Positions 41,727 to 54,815 are shown, numbered from the stretch's first letter. The stretch is 64,000 nt of DNA from Octopus sinensis (GCF_006345805.1 NC_043000.1:159154001-159218000); one strand, 5' to 3'. Made by a program: numbers and translations. The notes: generated by a model not told the origin, from the sequence alone.

Positions 41727-42077
41727 ATTCTTGTACATAGAAATCAAAACCCTCTTAGTTATAATTGTGACTTGATCATATAAAAATTATTCTTCTAGGT
41801 ATTTTATGATAACATGTTTGGCCATTGAATATTCATTAATAATTTTAACTGTTTATAATATATCCTCCGTGATGTATTTTTACTTTACGTTTTAACTAAT
41901 TAACTATCCCAAATCATATCGGTGGCTCAAATTTAACGCTAATTTCTCATAAACGCTGTGCATCGCATTTGAATACATAGCTTGAAGTTGTAGTCAGATG
42001 TTCATACCTTCCTCTTGAGGATCGTGATACATGTTAACCCCAGGATAAAGTTTTTTCTTGATTTCTATTTACAGGAA

Positions 42078-42140
42078 TATTCCCCTAACGAGACGGATGG
42101 ATCACTTAAGTCCCTAATGTCAAAATTGCAATAGGAAATA
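42078..42140 (+). ncRNA. Type I hammerhead, inverted copy C (G5A and G12A)
   Basis: tattccc CTAACGA gacg...tgtc AAAA TTGCAA TA ggaaata. Confidence 0.65.
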
Positions 42141-42206
42141 ACCAATTATTTTCAAGTTGTGGATTCTATTGTGGATTATATATATATATTATATATATAT
42201 ATATTA

Positions 42207-42239
<33 letters not shown>

Positions 42240-42550
42240 ATATAGGCGTCTTTTCTTTTCTCCCTTCTTTCACTTTTTCTTTTTCTTTTTCTTTTCTTCT
42301 CCCCGTTTCTCTTTTTTCTTTTTTCTTTTTCTTTTCCTTTTTCTTCTTTTCCTTTTTCTTTTTCTTTTTTCCTTGTCTCTTTTCTTTTTCTTTTCTTTTC
42401 TTTGCTCCACAAAAAAATTCCTTCAGCTTTTAGAAATCATAACATAGCAGTTTTGCGTGGAGAACAGTAATGTGACAAATACCTTATCATATAGCATGAA
42501 ATGATTGTGGATTAACAATGGATAAATTCATCGTCTGTGAGTATGAAATT

Positions 42551-42754
42551 CCTCCTCATATCTCTGGAAATTTAAATCTACACAACGGATTAATTCACCT
42601 TTTCTGTGAAGCTAATAAGCTTTTAAAAACCTGTGATAGGTCTGTGCATCATCCTCCTCATATCTCTGGAAATTCAAATCTACACTACGGATTAATTCAT
42701 CTTCTCTGTGAAGCTAATAAGCTTTTAAGAATCTGTGATAAGACTGTGCATCAT
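42551..42754. repeat. 102-bp tandem duplication (2 copies)
   Basis: Units start at 42551 and 42653 (cctcctcatatctctggaaatt...gtgcatcat), about 88% identical. Confidence 0.92.
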
Positions 42755-42868
42755 CATTAAGGAACTTTGGAAATCTGTTTGCAACCTAAATCTGCCTTTA
42801 ATGAAATTATCTCCAATACTTCATGAGTATAACCTCACCCACTAAGATGTTTGGAGAACTCATATGTA

Positions 42869-42959
42869 TTTTAGCTGATGAGTACGGGACACTTTTATCT
42901 GCTGTAATTTTTGCAACTTGTAATAAAGCCTGTCTTTGTATGAAACAATTGTACTAAAA
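42869..42959 (+). ncRNA. Type I hammerhead ribozyme with extended stem II, intact core
   Basis: ttttag CTGATGA gtacgggacacttttat...ataaagcctgtctttgtat GAAA CAATTG TA ctaaaa; perfect 6-bp stem I, palindromic CAATTG, GUA triplet. Confidence 0.88.
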
Positions 42960-42987
42960 ACTAATCCATTCTTGTTGCTTCTTTCTC

Positions 42988-42989
<2 letters not shown>

Positions 42990-43079
<90 letters not shown>

Positions 43080-43423
43080 GTATATATATATGTAGATATA
43101 CATACATTATATATATACAGATATACACACACATATATATATAGATATACATGCATATATATATATATATGTATATATATGTATATATATATGTAGATAT
43201 ACATATATATATATATATATATATGTAATATATGTATATATATGTATATATATATGTAGATATACATATATTATATAGATATACATACATATATATATAG
43301 ATATACATACATATATATATAGATATACATACATATATATATATTAATATACATACATATATATATATAGATATACATACATATATATATAGATACACAT
43401 ACATATATATATAGATATACATA

Positions 43424-43468
<45 letters not shown>

Positions 43469-43480
43469 TTATATATATAT
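42990..43480. repeat. Compound (TA)n tract with recurring gatatacatacatatatatata units
   Basis: Visible tract. Confidence 0.9.
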
Positions 43481-44811
43481 ACATACACATTTGTACATAT
43501 ATACATATATATGTATATACACATGCATATATAAGTACAGAACCTCTCCTTCGCCGTTCTCTATCTGTCCCTCTCTCTTTCTCTCTCTCTCTCTTTCTTT
43601 CTCACTCTTCCTCCTTTACTCTGTCGTTGCTCACCCGTGACCATCGGCCATCTTTCTTTCCGTAACTTGAACTTCTTTCTTTCCTTTTGATCTGCCACGC
43701 AGATCACACACTTTCTTGTCTGCCTCCTCTCCTATCTTTTCTCCTGTCAAAGCTTGTTCCTCCAGCCTTCGCCACCTCACCTTGTTATGGCTTAGTAGCC
43801 CTTACTCTTTGTTTTCACTGTCCTGCTTTTGTTATCAACTTTGACCTCCGAAAATCCAAACTTTGATTTTGCTTTGTGGGAGCAACCGTTTAATCAAAGA
43901 CTCATCTTGTCGTAATTGCTCGAAATGTGGAGAAGATAAACAACCGACAACTGATGGAAGGTCGTTCTTTATGTTTCTTGACTTGTTTTCCATTTGTTTC
44001 TTTCGTTGTTCGCAAAAACGTTCGCTTTCCATATTTTCGTATTTCGTATTTCATGTTGTTTACGTTTTATGATGTCCTGTACACATATTTGCATGTGTAT
44101 ATACATATATATGTAAGTATGTACATATGCATATATAGAGAGATATATAGATATAGATATACATATATTATTTATATTATTATCTTATTGAACGCAAAGC
44201 ATCCATTGCCAAGTAAGTTTACCTTATATATATATATGTGTATGTTTATATGTGTGTGTGTGTGCGTGCGTAGATATATATATATAATTTATTTTGTAAC
44301 GCAGTATTATAGGTATGATATTATATGACATTATTATTTATTTTTTCTTTTACTCCTTCCCAATACTCTATGATATGATATTAATCTCTAGTTTTCTCAC
44401 TTTAAGACACAAAAATAAACACTCCCTTCCTCCCTATGTTGGATTGATGCCTTCTATAACCGGCTCTTTTTGTATATTTGCTATCATTTAACGGTTTGCA
44501 ACCGTTATCTCAACATATATTTCTAATCGGTATATCTTTACTATCTCTGAAGAGATTAATCTTATTATGATTTTAATTTTATAAATTAATTATCTAAAGA
44601 TTACTGAATCAAAACAGCTGTCAGAGATGTTGTCATATTTTATACTTGATAAATAATAGTTTATTAATTACCAATTACCTACCCATTTTCTCTATATTCT
44701 GTATATATATATATATGTATATGTATGTATGTATATACACATTCATATACAGACACATTTATATGCATGTATATATATATTTATACATGTATATTTCTAT
44801 GAATATATATT

Positions 44812-44882
<71 letters not shown>

Positions 44883-44894
44883 GTATCTGTCTGT

Positions 44895-45085
44895 GTTTGT
44901 AACCCTATCATCGCTTGACAAACGATGTTGCTGTTTGCGTCCCTATGTCTTAGCCGTTTGGCAAAACACTCCGATGAAACAAGTACTAAGCTTACAAAGA
45001 ATAGATCCTGGGGTCGATTTCTTCGAGTAAAGGCGGTGCTCCAGCATGGCTGCAGTCACATAACCGAAACAAGTAAAACAATAAA
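44895..45085 (+). mobile_element. SINE family A, 3' half
   Basis: cgcttgacaaacgatg...ggcggtgctccagcatggctgcagtc...gaaacaagtaaaa. Confidence 0.85.
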
Positions 45086-45105
45086 AAAAACTATGCCATT
45101 TTAGT

Positions 45106-45133
45106 CCCGTGCAATGCCGGATATCTCTGCTAG
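45106..45133 (+). mobile_element. Helitron-type 3' terminus
   Basis: cccgtgcaatgccgg hairpin followed by ctctgCTAG. Confidence 0.55.
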
Positions 45134-45954
45134 TGTATAATATATATGGATATATGCATATATGTATTTATGTATTCTATATTTCATTTTCTGAAACCTT
45201 CCACTAGGGAAAGAGCTTGTTTCTAACAGTTACAACGCACCATCGTTAGAATAGAAATAACAAAAACAAATTCACATCTTGAACTTGAGGAATGTCTTGC
45301 ATATTTGTATTGTTCAGCTTACAAATTGTTTTTATAATATGCGAGTTAGCTTATCCAAATTGTCACTTAAGCTTTAATGCATAAAACTACTCATAATTGA
45401 TACAAGTGTGAATATGTGATCTGGTTATAGAAGAGGGAAGTTTCGAATCAGTTCTCCATTGATATCTTCTTTCTTTTTGATTCCTAAAAGATATTTACAT
45501 TAGTAGGACAGGTCACCTCTATGAAGGTACGTGCTTTTCGTTGTCTGTCAAAACAACAATATGTGGCCTGTTATGTATGTATGTATGTATGTATGTATGT
45601 ATGTATGTATGTATGTATGTATGTATGTATGTATGTATGTATGAATATATGTATGCATGTATTTAAGTATGCATGGATGTGTTGCTAACCTTTAGAGTAG
45701 CTAAACGTTTCGGCCAGACTGAAAAGTTTTACATGATGAAAATTCGAAGACACTGACAACTGTTTTAAAATGATGTTTCTCTCTATTTCACATACTAGGC
45801 TCTCCATCTTGTCATGTCCCCTTTCCTTTATACCTAAATATTATCATCTAGAGGAATATATATATTTGCATTTGTATACATACGTACATATAGCTGTGTG
45901 TACATGTGCGCACGCGTGCTTGTGAATATGTGTGTGTGTCTGTATGTGTGTGTA

Positions 45955-46014
<60 letters not shown>

Positions 46015-46030
46015 TGTATGTGAGTGTGTG

Positions 46031-46420
46031 CCCCGTTGTTGGACATGCGAATTAATTCAGCAAGGGACAACCCAAAAGACTCAAGAATGGGAATGTATTA
46101 AAAGTAAAGGCTAACATGAATTGCAAAAAAAAAAACCCTTCATCTGCTGCATCACATGCCTACAATGCAATGAAAACTACATTGCGGAGAGAGGAAGAAA
46201 CCTGGCCAACCGCATAAATGTGCATAAAACAACAAATTAGGGATTCATCTCTTAGGGGTGTCTCATGCAGTGAACACCTAGATATTTATGCAAAGGAAAA
46301 TGTTAAGTATTCCCATTTTACAGAATAAACGATGAAAATGTACAACTACGAAAGGCAAAAGAAGAATACTTTGTAAGAATTCTATATCCCAAATTAAACC
46401 GATATAAGAAACAATGGTAA
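46031..46420 (+). pseudogene. Penelope-like element GIY-YIG endonuclease fragment
   Basis: With frameshifts: PRCWTCELIQQG / KNGNVLKVKANMNCKKKN / FICCITCLQCNENYIAERGRNLANRINVHK / QQIRDSSLRGVSCSEHLD / FYRINDENVQLRKAKEEYFVRILYPKLN. This fits the CxxC-interrupted GIY-YIG layout, R..H, E and terminal LN typical of PLEs. Confidence 0.85.
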
Positions 46421-46494
46421 AAGAATATTTATGACTAAAACCGGAAATAATTAATACTATCATTACCACAAAATAACTTCCTCTTTAAGAGTAC

Positions 46495-46531
46495 GTGCAT
46501 CTGAAAATATTAAACGAAAGCGCTCACACAC
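46495..46531 (+). ncRNA. Decayed hammerhead just downstream of the GIY-YIG stop
   Basis: gtgcat CTGAAAA tattaaac GAAA GCGC TC acacac; G8A, stem II lost, palindromic GCGC stem III. Confidence 0.5.
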
Positions 46532-46799
46532 TAGAAAAAGAAACTCTTCCCCCAAAAGGTTAGTAACAACCGTATAATAGATTTCATAACAATATTTTTT
46601 TAAATAATTTTTTAAAAACATTACGTGTACACTTCAAAAAGTATATTCAGTAGTTCTCATAAATTTCAAATATCTATATGAATATATGTATATGTCTAAA
46701 TACATTCACATATATATATATATACATATATATTATGTGTGTATGTATGTGTATGTATGTAAGTTCAATGACCCGAGTTTGAAACAACCGTTGCGCTAA

Positions 46800-46804
46800 A
46801 TTAA

Positions 46805-46835
<31 letters not shown>

Positions 46836-46840
46836 CACAC

Positions 46841-46874
<34 letters not shown>

Positions 46875-46882
46875 GTACACAC

Positions 46883-46926
<44 letters not shown>

Positions 46927-47165
46927 TACATACACACAGATATATATAATATATATATATATATATACATACACACAGATATATATATATATATATATAT
47001 ATATACGTACACACAGATATATATATATATATATACATACACACAGATATATATAATATATATATATATATACATACACACAGATATATATAACATACAC
47101 ACAGATATATATATATTATATATATATATATATAATATATATATATATAATATATATATATATAA
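46800..47165. repeat. Compound repeat of (TA)n-catacacacaga units
   Basis: About eight recurrences of the taCRTacacacaga spacer between TA runs of variable length. Confidence 0.9.
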
Positions 47166-47365
47166 CTATGCACTTCTATTATGTATAAAGCACAACGTTT
47201 GAAAATAGTCCACTTTGATCGAACCAATTTCATCGGATATAATCCGTTCCTTTGTGTGTGGGGGTATATGTGTGTGTGTGTATGTGTGTGTATGTGTGTG
47301 TGCCTGTCTGTGTGTGCCTGTGTGTGTGTGCCTGTGTGTGTGCCTCTGTGTGTGTGTGTGTGTGT

Positions 47366-47412
<47 letters not shown>

Positions 47413-48419
47413 TGTGTCTGTGTGTGTCTGTGTGTGTCCGATACATTATATCTATTTAAATGGTGTTTGAAGTCATTTTGAAATATTGTATAAACGAAAT
47501 ACAATACAAATTTGAAAACCAGAGTACGATTTTAATAAAATAGAGTATTATGTTTTTTTTTAAGAATACAAGACCTTTGATGTCATTGAAAAACGTCGGT
47601 AAAAAACAATAACTCATTTGCAAAGTAAATCTAGCAATTTATAATGAAATTCCAGTTTGTGGTACTTTTCCTGGCTTAATGCTGATATTTCACATTGTTC
47701 AGGGAGACTTAGAATTCAACAAACTCATCCGACATAGGTGGTGTATTTTCTTAAAACTATCCACTTGAGTACTGCAGAACATAGAATGCATTAAAATATT
47801 TATACTATGAAGAGACTCAAAATATCTATTGTTCTCTGTCGTGGCACAACGCCAAAGTGTCCGAATTGAAACTGTATGCAGACATTTCCTGTCAATCAGC
47901 TGTTGCAGATCTCGACCATCTAACGTCCGTTGCTGTATCGGTCAATCATAGCTTCTATCAATCTCTCTATCTATACGTGTGGGAGTATTTGTGTACGTTT
48001 GCCTGCTTGCAGATGATTTAGTGTGTGTTGTGTGATGTATGGATGAGATTGAATGTTTATATCTACATATATTGACACAGACACAAAATCACAAACAAAT
48101 CAAACTTTTGTGTATGTGCATAAATAATTACACATAGGCGTATACGCATGCATAATTACACACAAATATATATACAAGTTGCGATCGGTAAATTGTCGCA
48201 ATTTCATATTTTTAACTTCGCACATGTGCATTATTTTTTATTTTGTCGGCTACGGTGCCCAACTGACCATACTCAGTTGAGCACCGTCTGTGAGAAAAAC
48301 AGCACCATGACGTCTCACAGCACTATAAATTTATTTCCGTTCCCTCTATGTCTCAACCCTTCTGACAAATTGTAAATTCCCTATGCCAGAAATTTGGAAA
48401 CGACATGCGTCCGACAACA

Positions 48420-50455
48420 TGACGGTGACGTTGTCCCCATATGCAGATACTGCCCTCTTGAGTCCAGTTTCGAAAGGGAGGCCTCTGACCTGTTCCAATC
48501 TCTGCAGCATTGGTTAGAGAGCCTGCACATACAGAAGAGGTGACAGCGGGCAGCCCTGACGGACCGAACGTGCGATACTAAACGGTTCCGATAAGGCGGC
48601 GAACTGGCAGAATCGTTAGTACGCCGGGCGAAATGCTTAGCGGTATTTCGTCTGCGTTACGTTGTGAGTTCAAATTCCGCCGAGGTCGACTTTGCCTTTC
48701 ATCCTTTCGGGGTCGATAAATTAAGTACCAGTTACACACTGGGGTCGATGTAATCGACTTAATACCTATGTATGTCCTTGTTTGTCCCCTCTATGTTTAG
48801 CCCCTTGTGGGTAATAAAGAAATAGGTTCCGATATGTAGCCATTTACTTTCACCACCGAATAGAGGCCGCTGCGCATTGCAGCAGTCTAGCCTCTAAAAA
48901 AGGGTTCGAAATCAACCATTGTAAGAACGGCTTCCAAGTAGTGGTGGTCTACCCTAACGAAAGCTTTCGGCTGATCTAATTTGATCAGGCCTCCACCAAA
49001 GCCAGTTTTAGTCCCAGCCCTCTCTACTGTGCTTCGCTTAAAGTGGCGGTTGTCGTAGATAGGCCTGCTTGGGATTGCGCACGTTTCTGCCTCCCCGACC
49101 AGACCACCAGCGACAAGCCCCAACCTTTTCGCTGACACTTTGACCACACTCTTAAACTCTGTGTTTAGCAGAGTTACGGGCCAAACATTCACTATCACGT
49201 CCCCATTTTCAGCGTCCTGTCTCAGCAGTGTTACTACACCCTGCTAACTGGACTAGGAATTCTCCCATTCTGTTGTCAGTACTGTAGACATCTGTCAAGA
49301 GGCTACCAAACAAATCTGACATGAAAACATTGAATTCGTAGTTCAGACCATCCAACCGGGCGATTTGCAATTTATGCAATCGCTCATTGCATCCCGTATT
49401 TCCGTAGCTGTAATTGGCGTTTCGTAGAATCTCGCGTCCGTTACCGAGAGCTGTAATAGACAGTCTAGGTACGAAGTAAAGTCCTCTACCGTCGTCGACC
49501 GTTACCTTCTCCATACAACCGAACTAAGTACTGCTGGAAAGTCGCATACATCTGCTCAGAACCGAGTAACACGCGTCCATCCTGATCCATCAAAGACTTG
49601 ATCGTGGTTTTGTTTCCACGTCGCGTCTCTATTGTTCGGGCCTATTGGATGGCTTTAGTTCCTTCGTGTTTTAGTGCACGGGCATTAGCTCTGACAATGC
49701 ACCCTTCGTGTTTCGCCTCAAAGAAATGGTCAACGGCCATTCTCGCCGCTAACACGTCGGTCACGATGCCTTTACTAATAGCCTCTTCTAGTTTGCTAAC
49801 TATTTCTCCCTCTAATCTATTCTTTCTATTGCTAACTCTTTGCTAAACGCTATCGATTCTACTCTGATCGCTCTCTTCAAAGCGGTCTACCACCGGTTGT
49901 TGACGATAGCCCCCATCAACTGCCGCTTTACTAGTTCGCTAATACGGTCCTGTAGTCTTTGCGAGCCGCTAAGGACGCATTCAAGTTCCAGTAACCAGGT
50001 CCCAGTCTTCGGGTCCTGTCTAAATGGACTGAGCATATCACAAATTTGTGACCTGAGTAGCCGACAACCTATGCTATCCCTATCCTCTAGCCTAACTAAT
50101 ACTCTATCTAAATACGATATGGATGACCCGCTGTGGATGTTCCATGTTCATACTGGCACATCAGGGACATCCAGTCGGTACCTGTCAGAAAGTTGGAAAG
50201 TCCTGAGCAGGTTTTCGAGGCTTTTAAACCCACTTCTATATGTACTAAATCCACACAGTCCTTCCGCACGTCCAAAATACTATTCCAGTCTCCCATTAGT
50301 ACTAAAGTACAAGACCTTTCCAAGAATGTTTCTGGACGCCTGAAGAAATCTAGCCTTCCAGCCCCTGTTGGGGCATAAACCGCCATCAGTCTAAAGGCGC
50401 CACCTACGCTACCATTTACGTCCAGGAACATCACCCTACCATCCAGGTCCAGGAA
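48420..50455 (-). pseudogene. Tx1/L1-clade LINE ORF2 fragment (endonuclease C-half to RT YADD region)
   Basis: AFRLMAVYAPTG, LVLMGDWNSILD, SYLDRVL, WPVTLLNTEFK, LIKLDQPKAFVRVDH, SVRQGCPLSPLLYV, VSAYGDNVT. Confidence 0.92.
48594..48824 (+). mobile_element. Young SINE family B inserted in the Tx1 RT
   Basis: Full-length copy; 10-bp TSD ggttccgata at 48584-48593 and 48825-48834. Confidence 0.95.
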
Positions 50456-50599
50456 GGTATCCCGTCCTGTATGTATATCTATATATATATATATATATAC
50501 AAATATATATGTTTATATTTTGAGTTCTATTTTTCCTTTTTGCGTCGACAAAAATATAGGCACGATTTCTGATCAATAAAGTATTGGGGCAGGTACTAT

Positions 50600-51065
50600 A
50601 AAAAAGAAAAATATATGCAAATTCGGCCTTTAATCACCTTCGAAGTAGTCTTCTGAAGCCACACACTTTATCTAGAGTCAATTTCATAGATGGAACCATT
50701 TCTGGAACACCTTTTTGGGGAAGCTGCATTCTCTCGGATTTCTCGACGTCTTGAAATCGTGTTTCAAGTAGGGTTTGATTTTTGGAAAGAGGAAAAAGTC
50801 GCAAGGAACGAAATCTGGGGAGTGTGATGTTTGTCGGACCTGGAGAATGTTGTGCTTGGCCAAAGGGTGCTGCACATGCTGTACTTAGTGAGCAGGTGTG
50901 TTTGTTATGGTGGAGTTGGCCCTTACCGGGCGCATCCAATTCTATCCTTTTCCGACGAACCTGCAAACGCCACAGTACGTCACGGTAATACTCTTGGAGA
51001 GGTTGGGATCTTCCACTGCGAAGACTGAGTCTTGGTTTCGGCATCATAGCCATAAACCTACAAAA
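50600..51065 (-). mobile_element. Internally deleted mariner transposase fragment
   Basis: VYGYDAETKTQSSQWK, QEYYRDVLWRL, HSPDFVPCDFFLFPKIK. Confidence 0.85.
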
Positions 51066-52831
51066 CTATGCTGTGCTGCCCTTTCTTTCATAGCCTTGTT
51101 ATTGGAGTTTAAATAATTTTGGCGCTGCTTAGATATCGCTTTCCTTCTTTTCTGGACTGATGAAATACGAAACCTTGCGAAGATAAAATCAATCTTATAT
51201 AACGCTCTCCTATAAATGTGCATTAGTGTGGCCTTGTAAGTTATCTGCATTGGACAATAAAACGATTTCAAGATTTCATTTCTTTACAAATTATTAGATT
51301 CGTTTTATTTTACTCTGCGCAACAGGTATTTTGTGTTTTACCTACATTTCTCAGTAGCCATAGGAAAGTAAATTCTTGTAAGATAAGATAATTTCAAATG
51401 GAAATCGAAACTAGAATATCAGCTCTTTCACTCGTAGTTTCTTTCCACTTCAAAGTATATTCATCTCTTAGAATAACGTAAACGGAGAAGAAAGCGTTAA
51501 AACATCAGATACGAGACAAGTAGCATCAAATTAATACTTCACACAGATTGGTTGTGTCTCCCTACATTTTATGATTAAATTCTATTTGGTTTAGCAGCTC
51601 ACAAAATTCACTGTATCAATTTTCTGTCTCTTTTTGGAGACAATTATAACGATTACTGCGTCGCCGGTTATCCCTCTATGGGCCAATTATACAAACCCGC
51701 CCTGTCTGACTGTCTCATCACCGTCTCCCTTCTTTCTCAATCGCTAAATCCCTACATTTCACATTTCCTCTGGATCTTTTTCCCCCCAAAAGCTTTAATC
51801 TAAGAACTCCTTCTTATCATCAAAGTAGCAACCTATAAAATCTTGAGGGCCTGGAAAGAGTGATAACACTAAAATTCAAAAATGCTCTGTAAATGAAGTG
51901 TCGGTAACGCATTGGAACCATTATATTCAGTTATGTAGCTCTCTTGGGATTTTTGTGTCGATAATAGAATATATGTTTTTCTCACGAATCAAATCTGGTT
52001 TCTTTCATTAGACTAATGCAAAGATTAGTTAATTAAATCCCATTATATATTTATAGAAGTAGCGGGAAACAAAATATATTTCGGTTCGATTTTATCTGCG
52101 TATAGAGGACATAGCACTACTTTGCAATTACAGTTAGTCTGCTACGCTTATATAAGAAACCAATATTAAAGTTATTCTAAATGTCTGTGTAATGATGCAT
52201 GGATTTAATTTTACTGTGATAAACTGTTATTCCCAAGTCCATATACCCATACATTCCCTTATTGTGACAGATGGAATATTTATTCTTCAATTCAGAGATA
52301 ATAAATGCTTCTGCCTAATCTGTCTGAGAGATTGTAATATTTTCCTTTTAATGTATAGCATTATGTGATAAATTGCAGCATTTATATAGCCAAATGTGAT
52401 ACATAATTAGTTTGAAGCTTTCCTATATTTAATTTCACCGCGAAGAGTAATATGTTTCTCTACGTATCTTGTATTATAAAGATCACATATTTCATTTTCT
52501 TCTTAACATGTTTATGAGAAATAAATCATATTTTTATGGTATGTGTGTGTGTATGTATTAGTGTATGCATGTATGTACGTACGTACTTATGTATGTATGT
52601 AAGTAGGTACGTATTTATATCTGTATATATATATGTACTTTTCCGTTTACTCGATTAATTTTGACTGGCCACCTACTTAGTAGCAAGGTTGTGTTAACTG
52701 TTCGCAGGTGTCGTTCAGTTACTTCTACACGCAGTCCAAGAAATATTTTCATTCACCCAATCAACCAGTCCCCACCCACAGACGATACCAACAGCCTTCA
52801 GACCGTGACATGCACCAGGGTGAGGGTATAT

Positions 52832-53022
52832 ATTCCTGGCTTTAAGGGTATCGTGAAATACCTGGCTGGGGGCCCAACATTCCGAATTCCTTTGTAGAGT
52901 TTAGAAAAACTGAAGGACCACTACAATACGAGTGTGAATCCGAGCGGGGAATGTGTTTAATAAAATCATGATTAACTGATCCTCCTGTATTTTCCTTTAC
53001 ACAAAGCCAGGAACTTTTCAGC
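52832..53022. mobile_element. Probable mariner-derived MITE
   Basis: Inverted ends ttcctggcttt...aaagccaggaacttttcagc, similar to the TIR of the 4695-5957 mariner. Confidence 0.55.
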
Positions 53023-53059
53023 ATCTTGTCGTATTTTTATGTGTGAGTCTTTGCGTCTC

Positions 53060-53402
53060 TGTTTGTCCCCTATCACCGCTTGACAACCGGTGCTGGTGTG
53101 TTTACGTCATCGTAACCCAGCAGTTCAACAACAGGGACCAATATAATAGGGACCTGGATTCAAAAATTGAGTACTGAGGTCGATTCATTCGACTGAAGAT
53201 TCTTCAATGTGATGCCCTGGTAAAATGCTTAGCGATATTTCATCCATCTTTACGTTCTGAGTTCAATTCTACCGAACCTAACTTTGCCTTTCATTCTTTC
53301 AGAGGTCGATGAAATATGTACCAGTTGAGCACTGGGGTCGATATAATCGACCAGCCCTATTCTACCAAAATTTCAGGCCTTGAGCCTGTAGTAGAAAGGA
53401 TT
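53060..53402 (+). mobile_element. Decayed SINE A 3' half followed by a 5'-truncated SINE B
   Basis: cgcttgacaaccggtgctggtg... then aaatgcttagcgatatttc...ccaaaatttcaggcc tail. Confidence 0.75.
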
Positions 53403-54815
53403 AATTCAGTTTTGTCTTTCTTTCGCCCCAGATCACCATAAATTTCTTTCCGTTCCCTCTGTATCTCAACCCTTCTGACAAATTGTAAATTCTTAATTCA
53501 GGATGCTTTGCATTCTAATTCATCATTCCTACTTCATCTGATAAAGCCATTGCCATTTCCTTCTTTTTTAACTGACGTGGGCCTTCTTATAAATTTGATT
53601 AAGCCATCTTCATACTTGCCTTCGTCCCTCCTCGTACCATTCCTACATTACTCGTACCCTTTTCTAACTGACAGTCCACACTTTCGTTATATCAGTCCAT
53701 TCACATACCTCCTTTAGTTCTTTTATTGCCTCTTTCGCAGTCTCTACAGATTTTACGGGATAAATTAAACAGTTAAAATCCCTCTTCCCCCGAATCAGTG
53801 TTAGGAAACTTCTACGTGGTCATTCGAACTGCTAGAAACAACATCCAATCCTTAAAATTATATCCTGTCCTCTAAAAGTAGAAATATTGGACAAAATATT
53901 TATAATATTCAAAACCGATTGAATGGTCACGGGTGGAAAGCTTTTGGTTATATATGTACTCGATTAAGCCTCACCGCAGCCTAAACAACCTATAAAAATG
54001 CCTCTAATTAACCATTCGACATGCTAGAAACAACAAAACCTTCCTAAAAATATTACTCTTACGTCCTATAAACGAATGAAAATGCTGCATAGTGTGGTTT
54101 AATGTACACAAGTCGACGAGATAGTCAGGTCTGGAAAATTATTGATGCATGCGTCTACTCAATCTTGACTGACCTGGAGCAAAACTATTACAATTCAATC
54201 TCGCTCACTGGAAGATACAGATGTCCGTTATGTTTTCGAGACAATAAACTAAGTTATCACGAACACCTTCGATGCTTCTTGGTCACAAGCCAAGCTCAGA
54301 ATAGGTTTTGTTCAACGACACCTTTATTAAACTATTAACCTTTCTTTTTTATATTGCTGCTAATAAAACAAATAAGATGGATAGACCAACGCACTAAGTA
54401 TAGAATGATATTTAGCTTTCTTTCGTACATGTTCCGTTGCAATGGTAACAACGATTTAAATTGAAGGGGTATTGGAAATCAATGCATTGACGGAACAAAA
54501 TAGTGTTTAATTAGATTTATAAGCATTGTAAATCCAAGGATCAGTATCAGCGAGAAACCAAAAGAAAGAGAAATTTAAGAAAATACTTTCCTTCTGGCCT
54601 ATATTTACGAATGAATGCTTAAATTGCTTCAAATTACTATTTTGCCAATAAATTCTCACTGGTATATGTGTATGTGAGCATGCCTGTGTGTCTATGTGTT
54701 TGTGTGTGTGTCCTTGTATATGCCTTTACACAGACGTATATACACATGCGCATATACATACATACACACACACACACATTGAATATATACAGACGTTTAT
54801 GTATATGTGTGTGTG

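Larger units (their letters stand above)
40965..42175. mobile_element. HHR-bearing non-coding element: two tandem units on minus plus one inverted partial unit
   Basis: Homologous blocks at 41050-41290 and 41480-41750; inverted homolog at 41752-42175; each contains an HHR motif. Confidence 0.8.

Noticed and set aside
43868-43932. gagcaa...ttgctc GAAA TGT resembling the 35033 family
   Set aside because: The 5' core differs at four positions from consensus and the triplet ends in G.
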